A stretch of 64,000 nucleotides of DNA from Dehalococcoidia bacterium (GCA_034421995.1 DAOUJY010000047.1:39125-103124); one strand, 5' to 3'. Shown: positions 28,535 to 39,677, numbered from the stretch's first letter. Numbers and translations are program-made. The notes: generated from the sequence alone by a model not told the origin.

Positions 28535-28743
28535 CGCGATGTTGCCTTCCGTTCATTGTTTTCTATTCATTCTATCACTCCCCTTTCCAACCAGAGGGGC
28601 ACCGGCACGTCTCGCGCTTCGTCTTTCGTGGATTCTGATTTCAACCAATTTCCGTTGCCTTATGGAAACCTGCGCTATAATAGGCGCCGCAATCGTGTAT
28701 ATGCTATGTAGTTGAGACGGAGAGACTGGAGGAAGCACCACCC

Positions 28744-29949
28744 ATGAAACCCCTGGACGGCATCAAGGTACTCGACCTGACCCGCGCCCTGGCCGGCCCA
28801 TTCTGCGCCACGATGCTGGGCGATTACGGCGCCGACGTGATCAAAATCGAGCGGCCCGGCGTGGGCGATGACACCCGCAAATGGGGTCCGCCGTTCATCG
28901 GCGAGGAGTCGGCCTACTTCCTCTCGGTCAATCGCAACAAACGCAGCCTGACCCTGAACCTCCGGGACGAGAAGGCGCAGCAGGTCTTCCTGAAGCTCGC
29001 CGCCGACGCCGACGTTGTCGTGGAGAACTTCACTCCCGACGTTATGACTAACTTCAACCTGGGCTACCAGGACGTGAAGAACGTCAACCCCGCCATCGTT
29101 TATTGCTCCATCTCCGGTTTCGGCGCCACGGGTCCCTATCGCGACCGACCGGCCTACGACCAGATCATGCAGGGCGTCAGCGGCCTGATGAGCATAACCG
29201 GCGATCTGGGCGGAGATCCCCAGAAGGTCGGCATCGCCGTGTCCGACATCGGCGCCGGTATGTGGGCCGCCTTCGCCATTATGTCTGCCCTGTATCACCG
29301 ATCCGCCGGCGGCGGACCGGAAGGGAAAGGCGAAGGGCAATACATCGACCTTTCCATGCTGGACGCCCAGGTGGCGTGGATGACCTACCAGGCCGGTTAC
29401 TACTTCGCCACCGGAGAGGCCCCGCAGCGGCTGGGCGCAGCCCACCCCACGCTGGTTCCCTACCAGGCTTTCATGGGCAAGGACGGCAAGTATTTCAACG
29501 TGGCAGTGGGATCCGACCGCCTCTGGGACCGGTTCTGCGAAGGCATCAACCGCATGGACCTCCACGAGCACCCGGACTACTCCAACAACGGCGTCCGTGT
29601 GAATAATCGTTCTAAGCTGGTGCCCCTGCTGCAGGAATACTTCCTGAACAAGGACGCCGACGATTGGGTAGCTGACCTGCAGGCCGTCAGCGTGCCCGCC
29701 GGCCCCATCAACGACCTGACCGACGTTTTCAACGACCCCCAGGTGCTGCACCGCGATATGCTATTGGAGATGCCGCACCCGACGCTGGGATCGGTCAAGC
29801 AGACCGGGCTGCCCATCAAGTTCTCCGAAACTCCCGGCGGGCTGGACAAGCATCCCCCGTTGTTGGGAGAACACAACCGCGAAATCCTGACCGGACTGGG
29901 ATATTCCGACGCCGAAGTCGAGCAGATGGAGACTTCCGGCGTCATCTAA
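28744..29949 (+). CDS. Family III CoA-transferase (CaiB/BaiF)
   Basis: MKPLDGIKVLDLTRALAGPFCATMLGDYGADVIKIE signature. Confidence 0.92.
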   Translation: MKPLDGIKVLDLTRALAGPFCATMLGDYGADVIKIERPGVGDDTRKWGPPFIGEESAYFLSVNRNKRSLTLNLRDEKAQQVFLKLAADADVVVENFTPDVMTNFNLGYQDVKNVNPAIVYCSISGFGATGPYRDRPAYDQIMQGVSGLMSITGDLGGDPQKVGIAVSDIGAGMWAAFAIMSALYHRSAGGGPEGKGEGQYIDLSMLDAQVAWMTYQAGYYFATGEAPQRLGAAHPTLVPYQAFMGKDGKYFNVAVGSDRLWDRFCEGINRMDLHEHPDYSNNGVRVNNRSKLVPLLQEYFLNKDADDWVADLQAVSVPAGPINDLTDVFNDPQVLHRDMLLEMPHPTLGSVKQTGLPIKFSETPGGLDKHPPLLGEHNREILTGLGYSDAEVEQMETSGVI

Positions 29950-29984
29950 CGCCAGATCACCAGCAGGGTCGGGAGGAAGCCGAG

Positions 29985-30812
29985 ATGGACCTGGGACTGC
30001 AAGATACCGTTGCGCTGGTGGTCGATTCGCATCTGGAGATCGCCACCGCCGCCGCCGCCGCGCTGGGCAAAGAGGGGGCGGTTCTGTCGTTGACCGCGCC
30101 CGACAGCTACCATATGCGCCAGGTCGAGCTCTCCCTGGCGCGTATGCATATTCCGCAAGACCGTTTTCGAGCCGTCATTGCCGACCTGGGCAAGGAGCAG
30201 GACATCCATCGGCTGGTCCGTGAAACCCTGCACCGGCAGGGTCAGGTCGGCGTTCTCATTACCACTATCCAGGAACACGACGCCCCACCGGCCAGCGAAC
30301 TGGAGGATGAACAGATCGAGCCGGCCCTGGCACGGAATTTCATGTCCGCCGTGCACCTGACGCGGGAAGTGCTTCCCCACATGAAACGGTTCGGCACCGG
30401 GCGCATCATCAACCTGGTGCCCTTCTCCGCCATGGAGGTCTCGCCCCAAAATACTCTGTCCTCCTTGAGCCTGGCCCCGGTGCTGGCGTACTTCAAGGGT
30501 CTGGCATCCGAGTTGGCCCCGTACAACATCACAGTGAACAACGTGATCTACGCGGGGGTTCATTCGGAGGAGGCCGAAACCGCCATCAGGGAGCAGGCCA
30601 CCCTGGAACTGGATAATTCGGACGATGAGGCAGAAATCCAGGTTCGTACCCAGGCCAAGCTCCAGGAAATTGCCGCCGCCGCTCCCATGCAGCGCATGGG
30701 CAAACCCCACGAAATCGGCGACATAGTGTGCATGGTCGCCTCTGCCCGGGCCTCCTACCTCACCGGCGAAAACATCCTCGTGGACGGCGGCATCCACCAC
30801 AACTACGCCTGA
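29985..30812 (+). CDS. SDR-fold protein with degenerate cofactor and catalytic motifs
   Basis: SDR-like length and C-terminal block (ASYLTGENILVDGG). TGxxxGIG is replaced by VDSHLEIA and there is no clear YxxxK. Confidence 0.7.
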   Translation: MDLGLQDTVALVVDSHLEIATAAAAALGKEGAVLSLTAPDSYHMRQVELSLARMHIPQDRFRAVIADLGKEQDIHRLVRETLHRQGQVGVLITTIQEHDAPPASELEDEQIEPALARNFMSAVHLTREVLPHMKRFGTGRIINLVPFSAMEVSPQNTLSSLSLAPVLAYFKGLASELAPYNITVNNVIYAGVHSEEAETAIREQATLELDNSDDEAEIQVRTQAKLQEIAAAAPMQRMGKPHEIGDIVCMVASARASYLTGENILVDGGIHHNYA

Positions 30813-30858
30813 CCATCCGGTCCGGCGGCTCAGGCGCTTCCCCCAGGAGGGCGATCTC

Positions 30859-32040
30859 ATGGCCAATACGACAATGTTGCAGGATGCTCAGGAATTCATG
30901 CGCCGGGAAAATCTCCCCGCGTGGTTGATTTACGATTACCTCGGTTGCAACCCGGTGCTGGCCCAGGTCGCCACTCCCTCCGGCCATGTGACCCGGCCCG
31001 TTTTCCTGCTGGTGCCGGCCGACGGGTCCCCCCTCCTGTTGACCCATCACGTGGACGCGGGGAAGTTCGCCGATAGTGGCGTTGATACGGTGGTGTACCG
31101 CAGCCGGGTCATGCTGGAAAGCGCCCTGCGGGATGCTCTGGCTCAATGTAACCGTGTGGCCATGGAATACTCGCCGCGCAACGGGCTGCCCCGGGTGTCC
31201 CGCGTGGACGCCGGCACCGTCGAATTGGTCCGCAGCATGGGGCCGGAGGTGGTGTCATCCGCGGACCTGATGCAATATGCCACGCAGCGCTGGTCGCCGG
31301 AGCAGCTGGCCGGCCACCGTCGCGCCGCCGATACCCTGGGCCGCATCGTCAACGAAGCATTTGCCCGCGTCGGCCAGCGCCTCAACCAGCCGGGATCCGG
31401 CGGCCCCACCGAATTTGAAATCGCGGAGTTCATCCGCCACCGGTTCCGGGAAGAGGGCCTCACCACCGCCGACGGCCCCATCGTGTCCGCCAACGCCCAC
31501 TGCTCGGACCCTCATTACGAACCCGCCCCGGAGGGCAGCAGCGTCATCGCCCCCGGCGACTGGCTGCTCATCGACCTGTGGGCGCGGGAGGATACCCCCG
31601 GCAGCGTGTACGCCGACATCACCTGGACGGCCTACGTGGGCGACGACCCGCCGGAGCGTCACCGGCAAATATTCGACATCGTCCTCGGCGCCCGGGACGC
31701 CGCGCTGTCCTTCCTCCAGGATGCTCATGCCAGCGGCGACGCCGTTCAGGGCTGGCAGGCCGACGACGTGGCCCGCCGCTACATCACCGAGGCCGGCTAC
31801 GGCGACTACTTCACCCACCGCTTGGGGCACAGCATCTACCACACCGTCCACGGCGAAGGCGTCAACCTGGACAACTTCGAGACCCACGACACCCGCCGGA
31901 TCATCCCCGGCGTGGGGTTCTCCATCGAGCCGGGCATCTACCTACCCGAGTTCGGCGTCCGCTCCGAGATCGACGCCTACATGAGCGAGGACGGCCCCTA
32001 CGCCTCGTCCCCGGTCCAGCGGGAAATCGTGCTCATCTAA
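30859..32040 (+). CDS. M24-family metallopeptidase (Xaa-Pro aminopeptidase/creatinase-like)
   Basis: Pita-bread fold ligand blocks: DLWA...ADITWT, HRLGHSI, FSIEPGIY, RSEID. Confidence 0.85.
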   Translation: MANTTMLQDAQEFMRRENLPAWLIYDYLGCNPVLAQVATPSGHVTRPVFLLVPADGSPLLLTHHVDAGKFADSGVDTVVYRSRVMLESALRDALAQCNRVAMEYSPRNGLPRVSRVDAGTVELVRSMGPEVVSSADLMQYATQRWSPEQLAGHRRAADTLGRIVNEAFARVGQRLNQPGSGGPTEFEIAEFIRHRFREEGLTTADGPIVSANAHCSDPHYEPAPEGSSVIAPGDWLLIDLWAREDTPGSVYADITWTAYVGDDPPERHRQIFDIVLGARDAALSFLQDAHASGDAVQGWQADDVARRYITEAGYGDYFTHRLGHSIYHTVHGEGVNLDNFETHDTRRIIPGVGFSIEPGIYLPEFGVRSEIDAYMSEDGPYASSPVQREIVLI

Positions 32041-32054
32041 CCATGGCAACCATC

Positions 32055-32083
32055 GTAAGGGCGGGTTTCAAACCCGCCCCTAC
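32055..32083. repeat. REP-like palindrome, P2 variant (gtaagggcgggtttcaaacccgcccctac)
   Basis: Hairpin read directly, in a convergent intergenic region. Confidence 0.7.
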
Positions 32084-32102
32084 ACTATCCACGCAACCCA
32101 CC

Positions 32103-32130
32103 GTAAGGGCGAATAATTATTCGCCCTTAC
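32103..32130. repeat. REP-like palindrome family P2 (gtaagggcgaataattattcgcccttac)
   Basis: Perfect palindrome, in a convergent intergenic region. Confidence 0.8.
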
Positions 32131-32144
32131 ATCGTTGATGATTA

Positions 32145-33005
32145 TCATGGCTGGGCGATAGCCATCGTCCCCACGAAGTCCAATTCCAGCAGGATGGTGT
32201 CCTCCACGCTCACCACGATGGCAACCCGGGGCTTGTCCATCCCGAAGTCATCGAAGGTGAATTCGACGCTGGCCAAGCCGGTGACGGTCCCGTCCCCGGC
32301 GAATTCGGCGGCGGCGTCCCAGGTCACTTCCCGCGTCTGATCGCGCACCGTCAAATCCCCGGTGATGGTGAACTCCGCCGGCCCGCTGGCATCGCTGATA
32401 GGCGCGGGCAGCCCGTCAAAGGCCCTGGGCACGAACACCACCTCAGGCCAGGTATCCGTCTCCAGGGTGCGGTTCCGCACGTAGCCGTCCCGCCGGTTGC
32501 TATCGGTCCGCAGCGTGGCCGCCTGCACCGCGATGCGGCTCTCGTCGGCCACGACGCTACCGTCGGCGTCAAAAACAACCGTGCCCGATACGTCGGTGGT
32601 TTCTCCGGTGGCTATCTTGAACCCGGTGCTCGCCAGCACTTCCTCAACCTTGTAGCGGGCGATGGTGCCCCCTCCGAGCGTGAAAACCGTCCCGCTGGCG
32701 TTGTCGGAAGCGCCGGGCGGCGTTGCCGTTGGTGGCTCCAGGGTGTCGGTGGGTTCGGGAGCAGCGGTAGCCTCTGCCGGCGCTTGGGCCGGAGGAGCCG
32801 GCGTATAGGTGGGCGGAGGCGGGACGAGAGTGTTGGTTGCCGGCGGCGCGGACGTGGCCGCGGGCATTGCTGTTGCCGGGGCGGCCGGTTCGGGCGCTGC
32901 CGGCTCCGCAGAGGGTCCGGCGCAGGCCATGGCGGCAACCGCCACGAAAGCAAAAACAGCAATGGTAAATATGGTGTGTCGGTGAAGTACACGCATTGGG
33001 AACAT
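32145..33005 (-). CDS. YceI-like domain lipoprotein with a Pro/Ala/Thr-rich linker
   Basis: Signal peptide with a lipobox-like AAMAC, a low-complexity linker, then a C-terminal YceI-type block (FTITGDLTVRDQTREV). Confidence 0.75.
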   Translation of the reverse strand: MFPMRVLHRHTIFTIAVFAFVAVAAMACAGPSAEPAAPEPAAPATAMPAATSAPPATNTLVPPPPTYTPAPPAQAPAEATAAPEPTDTLEPPTATPPGASDNASGTVFTLGGGTIARYKVEEVLASTGFKIATGETTDVSGTVVFDADGSVVADESRIAVQAATLRTDSNRRDGYVRNRTLETDTWPEVVFVPRAFDGLPAPISDASGPAEFTITGDLTVRDQTREVTWDAAAEFAGDGTVTGLASVEFTFDDFGMDKPRVAIVVSVEDTILLELDFVGTMAIAQP

Positions 33006-33102
33006 TCTCCGTAAGTCGGTCAGGGCAGTATATCAGGCGTTCTTGAATCGTCGATAAGCGTATTGGATTCGTTGCACGTAGGCGCGCCGGCCAGCGATAA
33101 CC

Positions 33103-33131
33103 TTGACATATTCAAGCCCGGCAGGTAGCAT
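33103..33131 (+). promoter_or_regulatory. Putative sigma-70 promoter (TTGACA-17 nt-TAGCAT) for the riboswitch leader
   Basis: Exact -35 hexamer, 17-nt spacer and a TAnnnT -10, about 30 nt upstream of the riboswitch P1. Confidence 0.45.
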
Positions 33132-33165
33132 AAATAGCAGTTAAAAACTGGATACGCTGCTGGAA

Positions 33166-33308
33166 CCCTTATTCAGACAGGCGGAGGGAACGGCCCTGTG
33201 AAGCCTGGCAACCTGTCCCGCTCACCCCGCGGGATGAGGTGCTAAATCCGGCGTCCCGCGAACCGGCGCAACGACGCGCCACATCGGCGGTGTGACGAAA
33301 GATGAGGG
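33166..33308 (+). promoter_or_regulatory. SAM-I (S-box) riboswitch
   Basis: cuuauuCAGAcAGGCGGAGGGAacGGCCCugUGAAGCCugGCAACC ... GGUGCUAAAUCCggc ... GAUGAG. The P1 strands CUUAUU and GAUGAG pair. Confidence 0.8.
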
Positions 33309-33324
33309 GAGGACTGTGTTGTTG

Positions 33325-33359
33325 GGCTCTCCCAATATCGGGTGAGCCTTCCTTTTTTG
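33325..33359 (+). terminator. Intrinsic terminator (riboswitch expression platform)
   Basis: Hairpin GGCUCUCCC-loop-GGGUGAGCC followed by UUCCUUUUUUG. Lies 90 nt upstream of the mtnA ATG. Confidence 0.6.
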
Positions 33360-33448
33360 CCCCAACTCAACCCGGAATAGCCGCCCCCCGCGTCTGTAAG
33401 CAGCGTCAACCGTCCGCTCCGGCGGGCCTCCAAAGTTGCGGCTTGTTT

Positions 33449-34492
33449 ATGACCGAAATTCGTCCAATCAACTGGACCGGCGCCCGGCTGGAGTTGCTTG
33501 ACCAGACGCTCCTGCCCCACGAGCACACCACCGTCAGCATCACTGACTATCGCGTTGCCGCCGCCGCCATCACCGATATGCGGGTTCGCGGCGCGCCGGC
33601 CATCGGCGTCACCGCTGCTTACGCCATGGTGCTGGCCGCCGCCGAACTGCAATCCCGGGAGCGGGACCACTTCATCGGCGCGTTGCGCCAGGCCGGGATG
33701 CACATCGCTGCCGCCCGCCCCACCGCCGTCAACCTGGGCTGGGCCGTGCGGCGCATGATGCGCGTCGCCGAGGCGGAACCCGACCCCGGCAGCATCCTGC
33801 CCCGCCTGGAGGCCGAAGCCCGGCGCATCCAGGAAGAGGACGAGGCCATCAACCGCCGCATCGGCGAGCACGGCCGCGCCCTGATGCCGCCCGATGGCCA
33901 GGGCGTGCTGACCCACTGCAACACCGGCGCGCTGGCCACGTCGGCCTTCGGCACCGCCCTGGGCGTTATTCGCGCCGGCTGGGAGGCCGGGGGACGGTTC
34001 AACGTCTTTAACACCGAGACGCGGCCCTGGCTGCAGGGCGCGCGATTGACGTCCTGGGAATTCCAGCAGTTGGGCATACCGGCCACCCTCATCGCCGACT
34101 CCGCCGCCGGCGTGCTGATGCGCCAGGGCGCGGTGTCCTGCGTCATCACCGGCGCGGACCGCGTCGCCGCCAACGGGGACACCGCCAACAAGATCGGCAC
34201 CTACACCCTGGCCGTGCTGGCCCACGAGAACGGCATACCATTCTACATCGCCGCGCCCACCAGCACCGTTGACCTGGCCATTGCCCACGGCGACAACATC
34301 GCAATAGAAGAGCGTCCCCAGCACGAGGTAACCGGCTACGGCGGCCTGCCGACCGCGCCAGAAGGGACGCCCGCCTACAACCCGGCCTTTGACGTTACGC
34401 CCCACCGCTACATCGCCGGCATCATCACCGAAACCATGGTCTGCCGCCCGCCCTACACCGAGTCGCTGCAGCAAGCGGTGGACGCCGCGTAA
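33449..34492 (+). CDS. mtnA: S-methyl-5-thioribose-1-phosphate isomerase
   Basis: MTEIRPINWTGARLELLDQTLLP... eIF-2B/MtnA family. The track ORF start (33302) overlaps the riboswitch and is rejected. Confidence 0.9.
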   Translation: MTEIRPINWTGARLELLDQTLLPHEHTTVSITDYRVAAAAITDMRVRGAPAIGVTAAYAMVLAAAELQSRERDHFIGALRQAGMHIAAARPTAVNLGWAVRRMMRVAEAEPDPGSILPRLEAEARRIQEEDEAINRRIGEHGRALMPPDGQGVLTHCNTGALATSAFGTALGVIRAGWEAGGRFNVFNTETRPWLQGARLTSWEFQQLGIPATLIADSAAGVLMRQGAVSCVITGADRVAANGDTANKIGTYTLAVLAHENGIPFYIAAPTSTVDLAIAHGDNIAIEERPQHEVTGYGGLPTAPEGTPAYNPAFDVTPHRYIAGIITETMVCRPPYTESLQQAVDAA

Positions 34493-34540
34493 CATCATCA
34501 AGCCCAAATCAAAAATCCTGTTCATCTATGTGAATAAATT

Positions 34541-35632
34541 ATGACCATCGACCAACAAACCCGCCGCCGCATCGCCCGAACCGGCCTCACCGCCGGCGAC
34601 CCGGAGCGGGCCTGCCCCGGCTATACGCTATATGCCCCACTGTCCGGCAACGGCGAGGTGTACCTGCTGGACATCAACGGTCAGGTGGCCCACCAATGGC
34701 AGATGCCTTATCCGCCGGGCCTGTACGGCTACCTGCTGCCCAACGGCAACCTGTTCTACGGCGGCAAGGTGCGCGATGACGGCGGTTGGGACATCTTTGA
34801 GGCGATGAAGCGGTTCAAGGGCGGCATCATGCTGGAAGCCGACTGGGACGGCAACATCCTCTGGGAACACCGGGACCCGTACCACCACCACGACGCCCGG
34901 CGCACCGAAGCCGGCGGCTGCCTGTATATGACGGTAGAACGGATGGACGACGCCCAGGCCGCCCGGATCAAGGGCGGACAGCCCGGCACCGACGCCGGCG
35001 GGATGTGGGCCGACGTCCTGGTGGAAGTGGACGCTAGCGGCAACCGCATCTGGGAGTGGCACGCCGCCGAGCATCTGGACGAGAACGCCCACGTCATCAC
35101 CTTCAATGACCTGCGCGACGAGTGGAGCCACGGCAACACCGTTGTTCCTTTGCCCGATAACCGAGTGATGTTCAGCTTCCGCAACATCTCCACCGTCGGC
35201 ATCATCGACAAGGCCAGCGGCGAAATCGCATGGCAAATCAGCGACGACGTCCTGGCCCAGCAGCACGACCCCTCGTTGCTGGACAACGGCAACATCCTGA
35301 TTTACGACAACGGCTCTCACAGCCGCCACAACCCCCTGCCGGCCTCCCGCGTCATCGAGGTTGACCCGTCCACCAACGCAATCGTCTGGGAGTACCGGGA
35401 CAACCCGCCCTTCAATTTCTTCAGCGCCTACATCTCCGGCGCGCGTCGCCTGCCCAACGGCAACACGCTGATCACCGAGGGCCAGCCCGGGCGCATCTTC
35501 CAGGTAACCCCGGACGGAGAGGTGGTTTGGGAGTACATCAACCCCCACTTCGCGCCCAACGAGCAGGGTTACTTGGTCAACAGCGTCTTCCGCTCCACCC
35601 ACTACCTGCCGGAGCAGATTCCGTCGAGGTGA
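34541..35632 (+). CDS. Arylsulfotransferase (ASST)-like beta-propeller protein
   Basis: Repeated blade motifs (HHHDA, NGNILIYDNGS, LPNGNTLITEG). No obvious signal peptide. Confidence 0.7.
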   Translation: MTIDQQTRRRIARTGLTAGDPERACPGYTLYAPLSGNGEVYLLDINGQVAHQWQMPYPPGLYGYLLPNGNLFYGGKVRDDGGWDIFEAMKRFKGGIMLEADWDGNILWEHRDPYHHHDARRTEAGGCLYMTVERMDDAQAARIKGGQPGTDAGGMWADVLVEVDASGNRIWEWHAAEHLDENAHVITFNDLRDEWSHGNTVVPLPDNRVMFSFRNISTVGIIDKASGEIAWQISDDVLAQQHDPSLLDNGNILIYDNGSHSRHNPLPASRVIEVDPSTNAIVWEYRDNPPFNFFSAYISGARRLPNGNTLITEGQPGRIFQVTPDGEVVWEYINPHFAPNEQGYLVNSVFRSTHYLPEQIPSR

Positions 35633-35635
35633 AGA

Positions 35636-36274
35636 ATGGCTGCGCAGAACAATAATCCGTCGTCAGAAGGGGATTTTGGCAGCGCCATTCCACAGCCGGG
35701 ATATGGATGTCACATTGCTCTGGCGCGCATCGCCCTGCTAACCGTGCTCAGTTTCGGATTTTATGCTCTATATTGGACGTATGTTACTTGGAAACAATAC
35801 CGGGACCATACCGGTGAAACTGCCTATCCAGTGTGGCACGCATTGGCTCAATTCGTACCGATATATGGATGGTTCCGATTCTACGCCCACGTCATAGCCT
35901 ACAAAGATCTGATCGAAAAACAGGGGATGCGCAATAGCCTGCGGATAATGCCGATAATGGGTATCGTTGTATGGGTCACACTGCTGGGGATGGTTGAAGG
36001 AGCCAACTTATTTGGGTCGGTTATGGTCGCCTTGATCAGGATCATCATGGCCATAGTCGTCCTCTGCTGGATACAGTTCAACGTGAATCGTTACTGGAAG
36101 AGGTTGGAAAGCGCGGAACTCTGGTACGGAAATGACTATGTATTGTCGCGACACGCTCGGATTGGCAAGGGAGAAATTCTGATTGCGACAATTGGCGCGA
36201 TTTGGTGGGCCCTCATTATCTTGGCTTACCTGAACCTGTTCCCAGAATACATTGCACCAAGGAATCCCGACTAA
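35636..36274 (+). CDS. Integral membrane protein, DUF4234-like
   Basis: SFGFYALYWTYVTWKQY motif and several hydrophobic helices. Markedly AT-richer than its flanks. Confidence 0.6.
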   Translation: MAAQNNNPSSEGDFGSAIPQPGYGCHIALARIALLTVLSFGFYALYWTYVTWKQYRDHTGETAYPVWHALAQFVPIYGWFRFYAHVIAYKDLIEKQGMRNSLRIMPIMGIVVWVTLLGMVEGANLFGSVMVALIRIIMAIVVLCWIQFNVNRYWKRLESAELWYGNDYVLSRHARIGKGEILIATIGAIWWALIILAYLNLFPEYIAPRNPD

Positions 36275-36285
36275 GGAAACTGTCC

Positions 36286-37170
36286 ATGCCAAATCATCCC
36301 CAAGCCGAAATCGCCATCATCGGCGGCAGCGGCCTCTACGAAATACAGGGCTTTGCAGAAACTGCCGTGGCGGATATTGACACCCCCTACGGCAAGCCCA
36401 GCGACGTCATCACCGTGGGCGAGCTGCTGGGAGTGCCGGTAGCCTTCCTGCCCCGCCACGGCCGGGGGCACCGCGTGAACCCGACGGAGCTGCCCTTCCG
36501 GGCCAACATCTACGCGCTGAAGACCCTCGGGGTGAAGCAAATCGTGTCGGTGAGCGCGGTGGGAAGCCTGCAAGCGGACTACGAGCCGCAGCACATGGTG
36601 GTGCCCGACCAACTCATCGACCGGACGCGGCGGCGCGACAGCACGTTCTTCGAGGACGGCGTGGTGGCGCACATCTCCTTCGCCGACCCCTTCTGCCCGG
36701 AGATGAGCGCCGTGCTCGTTGACGGCGCGACGGGACAGGGCATCCCCACGCACCAGGGTGGCACGCTGGTGGTGATGGAAGGGCCGGCCTTCTCCACCCG
36801 CGCCGAGTCGAACATGTACCGTGCCTGGGGCGGCGACATCATCGGCATGACCACGCTGCCCGAGGCCAAGCTGGCCCGGGAGGCCGAGATCTGCTACGCG
36901 GTCATGGCGTGGGTCACCGACTACGACTGCTGGCATCCCGACCACGACGACGTGACCGTGGAGATGGTGGTGGAGAACCTGGTGGCCAACGTCGCCAACA
37001 GCCGGATCATCCTGCGCCACATCATGCCCGAGCTGGCCGCGCTGGGTCCGTGCGACTGCCAGACGGCGCTGACCAACGCCATCATCACTGACCGCAAACG
37101 AATTTCCGAAGCGGCCTACCGCCGGCTGCACCCCATCGCCGGCTCCCACCTTGACCCGATGCCAAATTGA
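36286..37170 (+). CDS. mtnP: S-methyl-5'-thioadenosine phosphorylase
   Basis: MPNHPQAEIAIIGGSGLYE...PRHGRGH..., PNP/MTAP family. AAGGAA SD before ATG 36286. Confidence 0.9.
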   Translation: MPNHPQAEIAIIGGSGLYEIQGFAETAVADIDTPYGKPSDVITVGELLGVPVAFLPRHGRGHRVNPTELPFRANIYALKTLGVKQIVSVSAVGSLQADYEPQHMVVPDQLIDRTRRRDSTFFEDGVVAHISFADPFCPEMSAVLVDGATGQGIPTHQGGTLVVMEGPAFSTRAESNMYRAWGGDIIGMTTLPEAKLAREAEICYAVMAWVTDYDCWHPDHDDVTVEMVVENLVANVANSRIILRHIMPELAALGPCDCQTALTNAIITDRKRISEAAYRRLHPIAGSHLDPMPN

Positions 37171-37185
37171 CACAAGGGATGCGTC

Positions 37186-37731
37186 ATGCCTAGACAGCGG
37201 ACAGACAAAGTCGGACGAGCTGGTGAGCACTACGTTGCTGCCGAGCTTAATCGTCGTGGAGCGTACGCTTCACCCTTTTCGGGCAATGTTCCTGGTATAG
37301 ATATCGTCGCCACCGATGATGACATGAAGCGCATGGCGTACATCCAGGTAAAAACCAAGCGTGGCCACGGCAACTGGCATATGAATCTCGGGCACGGATG
37401 GGCGAAAATTACGCTTTCCGGGTGCCCTGGCAACGGCAACTGTCCGAAAACCTGTACTCCCTATCTGGACGAACCTATTCCGGGAAAACCTGACCATTTT
37501 TGGATTTTCGTCACCTTGAGCCAAGACGGCGGGCAACGGTATTACGTTGTCCCCGATGACCGAGTCCGTCATGACGTGCGAGAACGCCATTCGGCCTATT
37601 TGAAGGAACGTGGAGGCCAGCGGCCCGGTAAGAAGCATGATTCATTGCACCACAGTTTGACAGACAAAGACCTCCAGGACTGGGAGGATAAATGGGAAGT
37701 CCTTGGTCTTTGGCCCTTATTCGAGGCGTGA
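37186..37731 (+). CDS. PD-(D/E)XK-fold nuclease-like protein
   Basis: GEHYVAAELNRRG ... GIDIVA ... IQVKTK (E / D / Q-x-K arrangement). Lies in an AT-richer segment. Confidence 0.55.
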   Translation: MPRQRTDKVGRAGEHYVAAELNRRGAYASPFSGNVPGIDIVATDDDMKRMAYIQVKTKRGHGNWHMNLGHGWAKITLSGCPGNGNCPKTCTPYLDEPIPGKPDHFWIFVTLSQDGGQRYYVVPDDRVRHDVRERHSAYLKERGGQRPGKKHDSLHHSLTDKDLQDWEDKWEVLGLWPLFEA

Positions 37732-37883
37732 GACACAATGATTGAGTTCTCGCAGTCTTTAGTGGGACTATGCTCTTCGTAGGTTTCGATCGCACTTCTT
37801 TATTGACCAACTACGGATTTCCAGTGCAATCACCCCAATCATCTTGAGTATCTATGCTGAAGAGAAGGCAAGGAGGTAACCAA

Positions 37884-38243
37884 ATGCCACGCCAAAACCC
37901 CGGAGAACCCTACTACCGGGTCGATTCCCCGGAAGCTCTGCAAATTCTGCAAGCCGATCCGGAAAATACGGTGGTGGTGGACGTGCGCCGCGATGACGAA
38001 TGGGTCACCGGACACGCCACCGGCGCCATCCATATCAACGTTGACGACCTGGCCGGACGCATGGACGAGGTGCCCGAGGACAAGAAACTCCTCTTCATCT
38101 GCGCCGCCGGCGTCCGCAGCGGACTGGCCTGCGAACTGGCCGCCGCCATGGGCTACGACTCCGAGATGCTCTACAACGTTGACGACGGCACTCCGTCCTG
38201 GATCGCCGCCGGCAACCCCACGTCCTACGGCGACGATCCGTAA
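37884..38243 (+). CDS. Rhodanese-domain sulfurtransferase
   Basis: VVVDVRRDDEW...GHATGAIHI and active-site loop CAAGVRS. AAGGAGG SD 7 nt before ATG 37884. Confidence 0.85.
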   Translation: MPRQNPGEPYYRVDSPEALQILQADPENTVVVDVRRDDEWVTGHATGAIHINVDDLAGRMDEVPEDKKLLFICAAGVRSGLACELAAAMGYDSEMLYNVDDGTPSWIAAGNPTSYGDDP

Positions 38244-38247
38244 CTGA

Positions 38248-39657
<1,410 letters not shown>

Positions 39658-39677
39658 CCCTCGGCAAACGATTGCGC

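Noticed and set aside
33302-33448. N-terminal 49-codon extension of the mtnA ORF in the track.
   Set aside because: It overlaps the riboswitch 3' end and the terminator hairpin. The MtnA homology begins at MTEIRPINW (ATG 33449).
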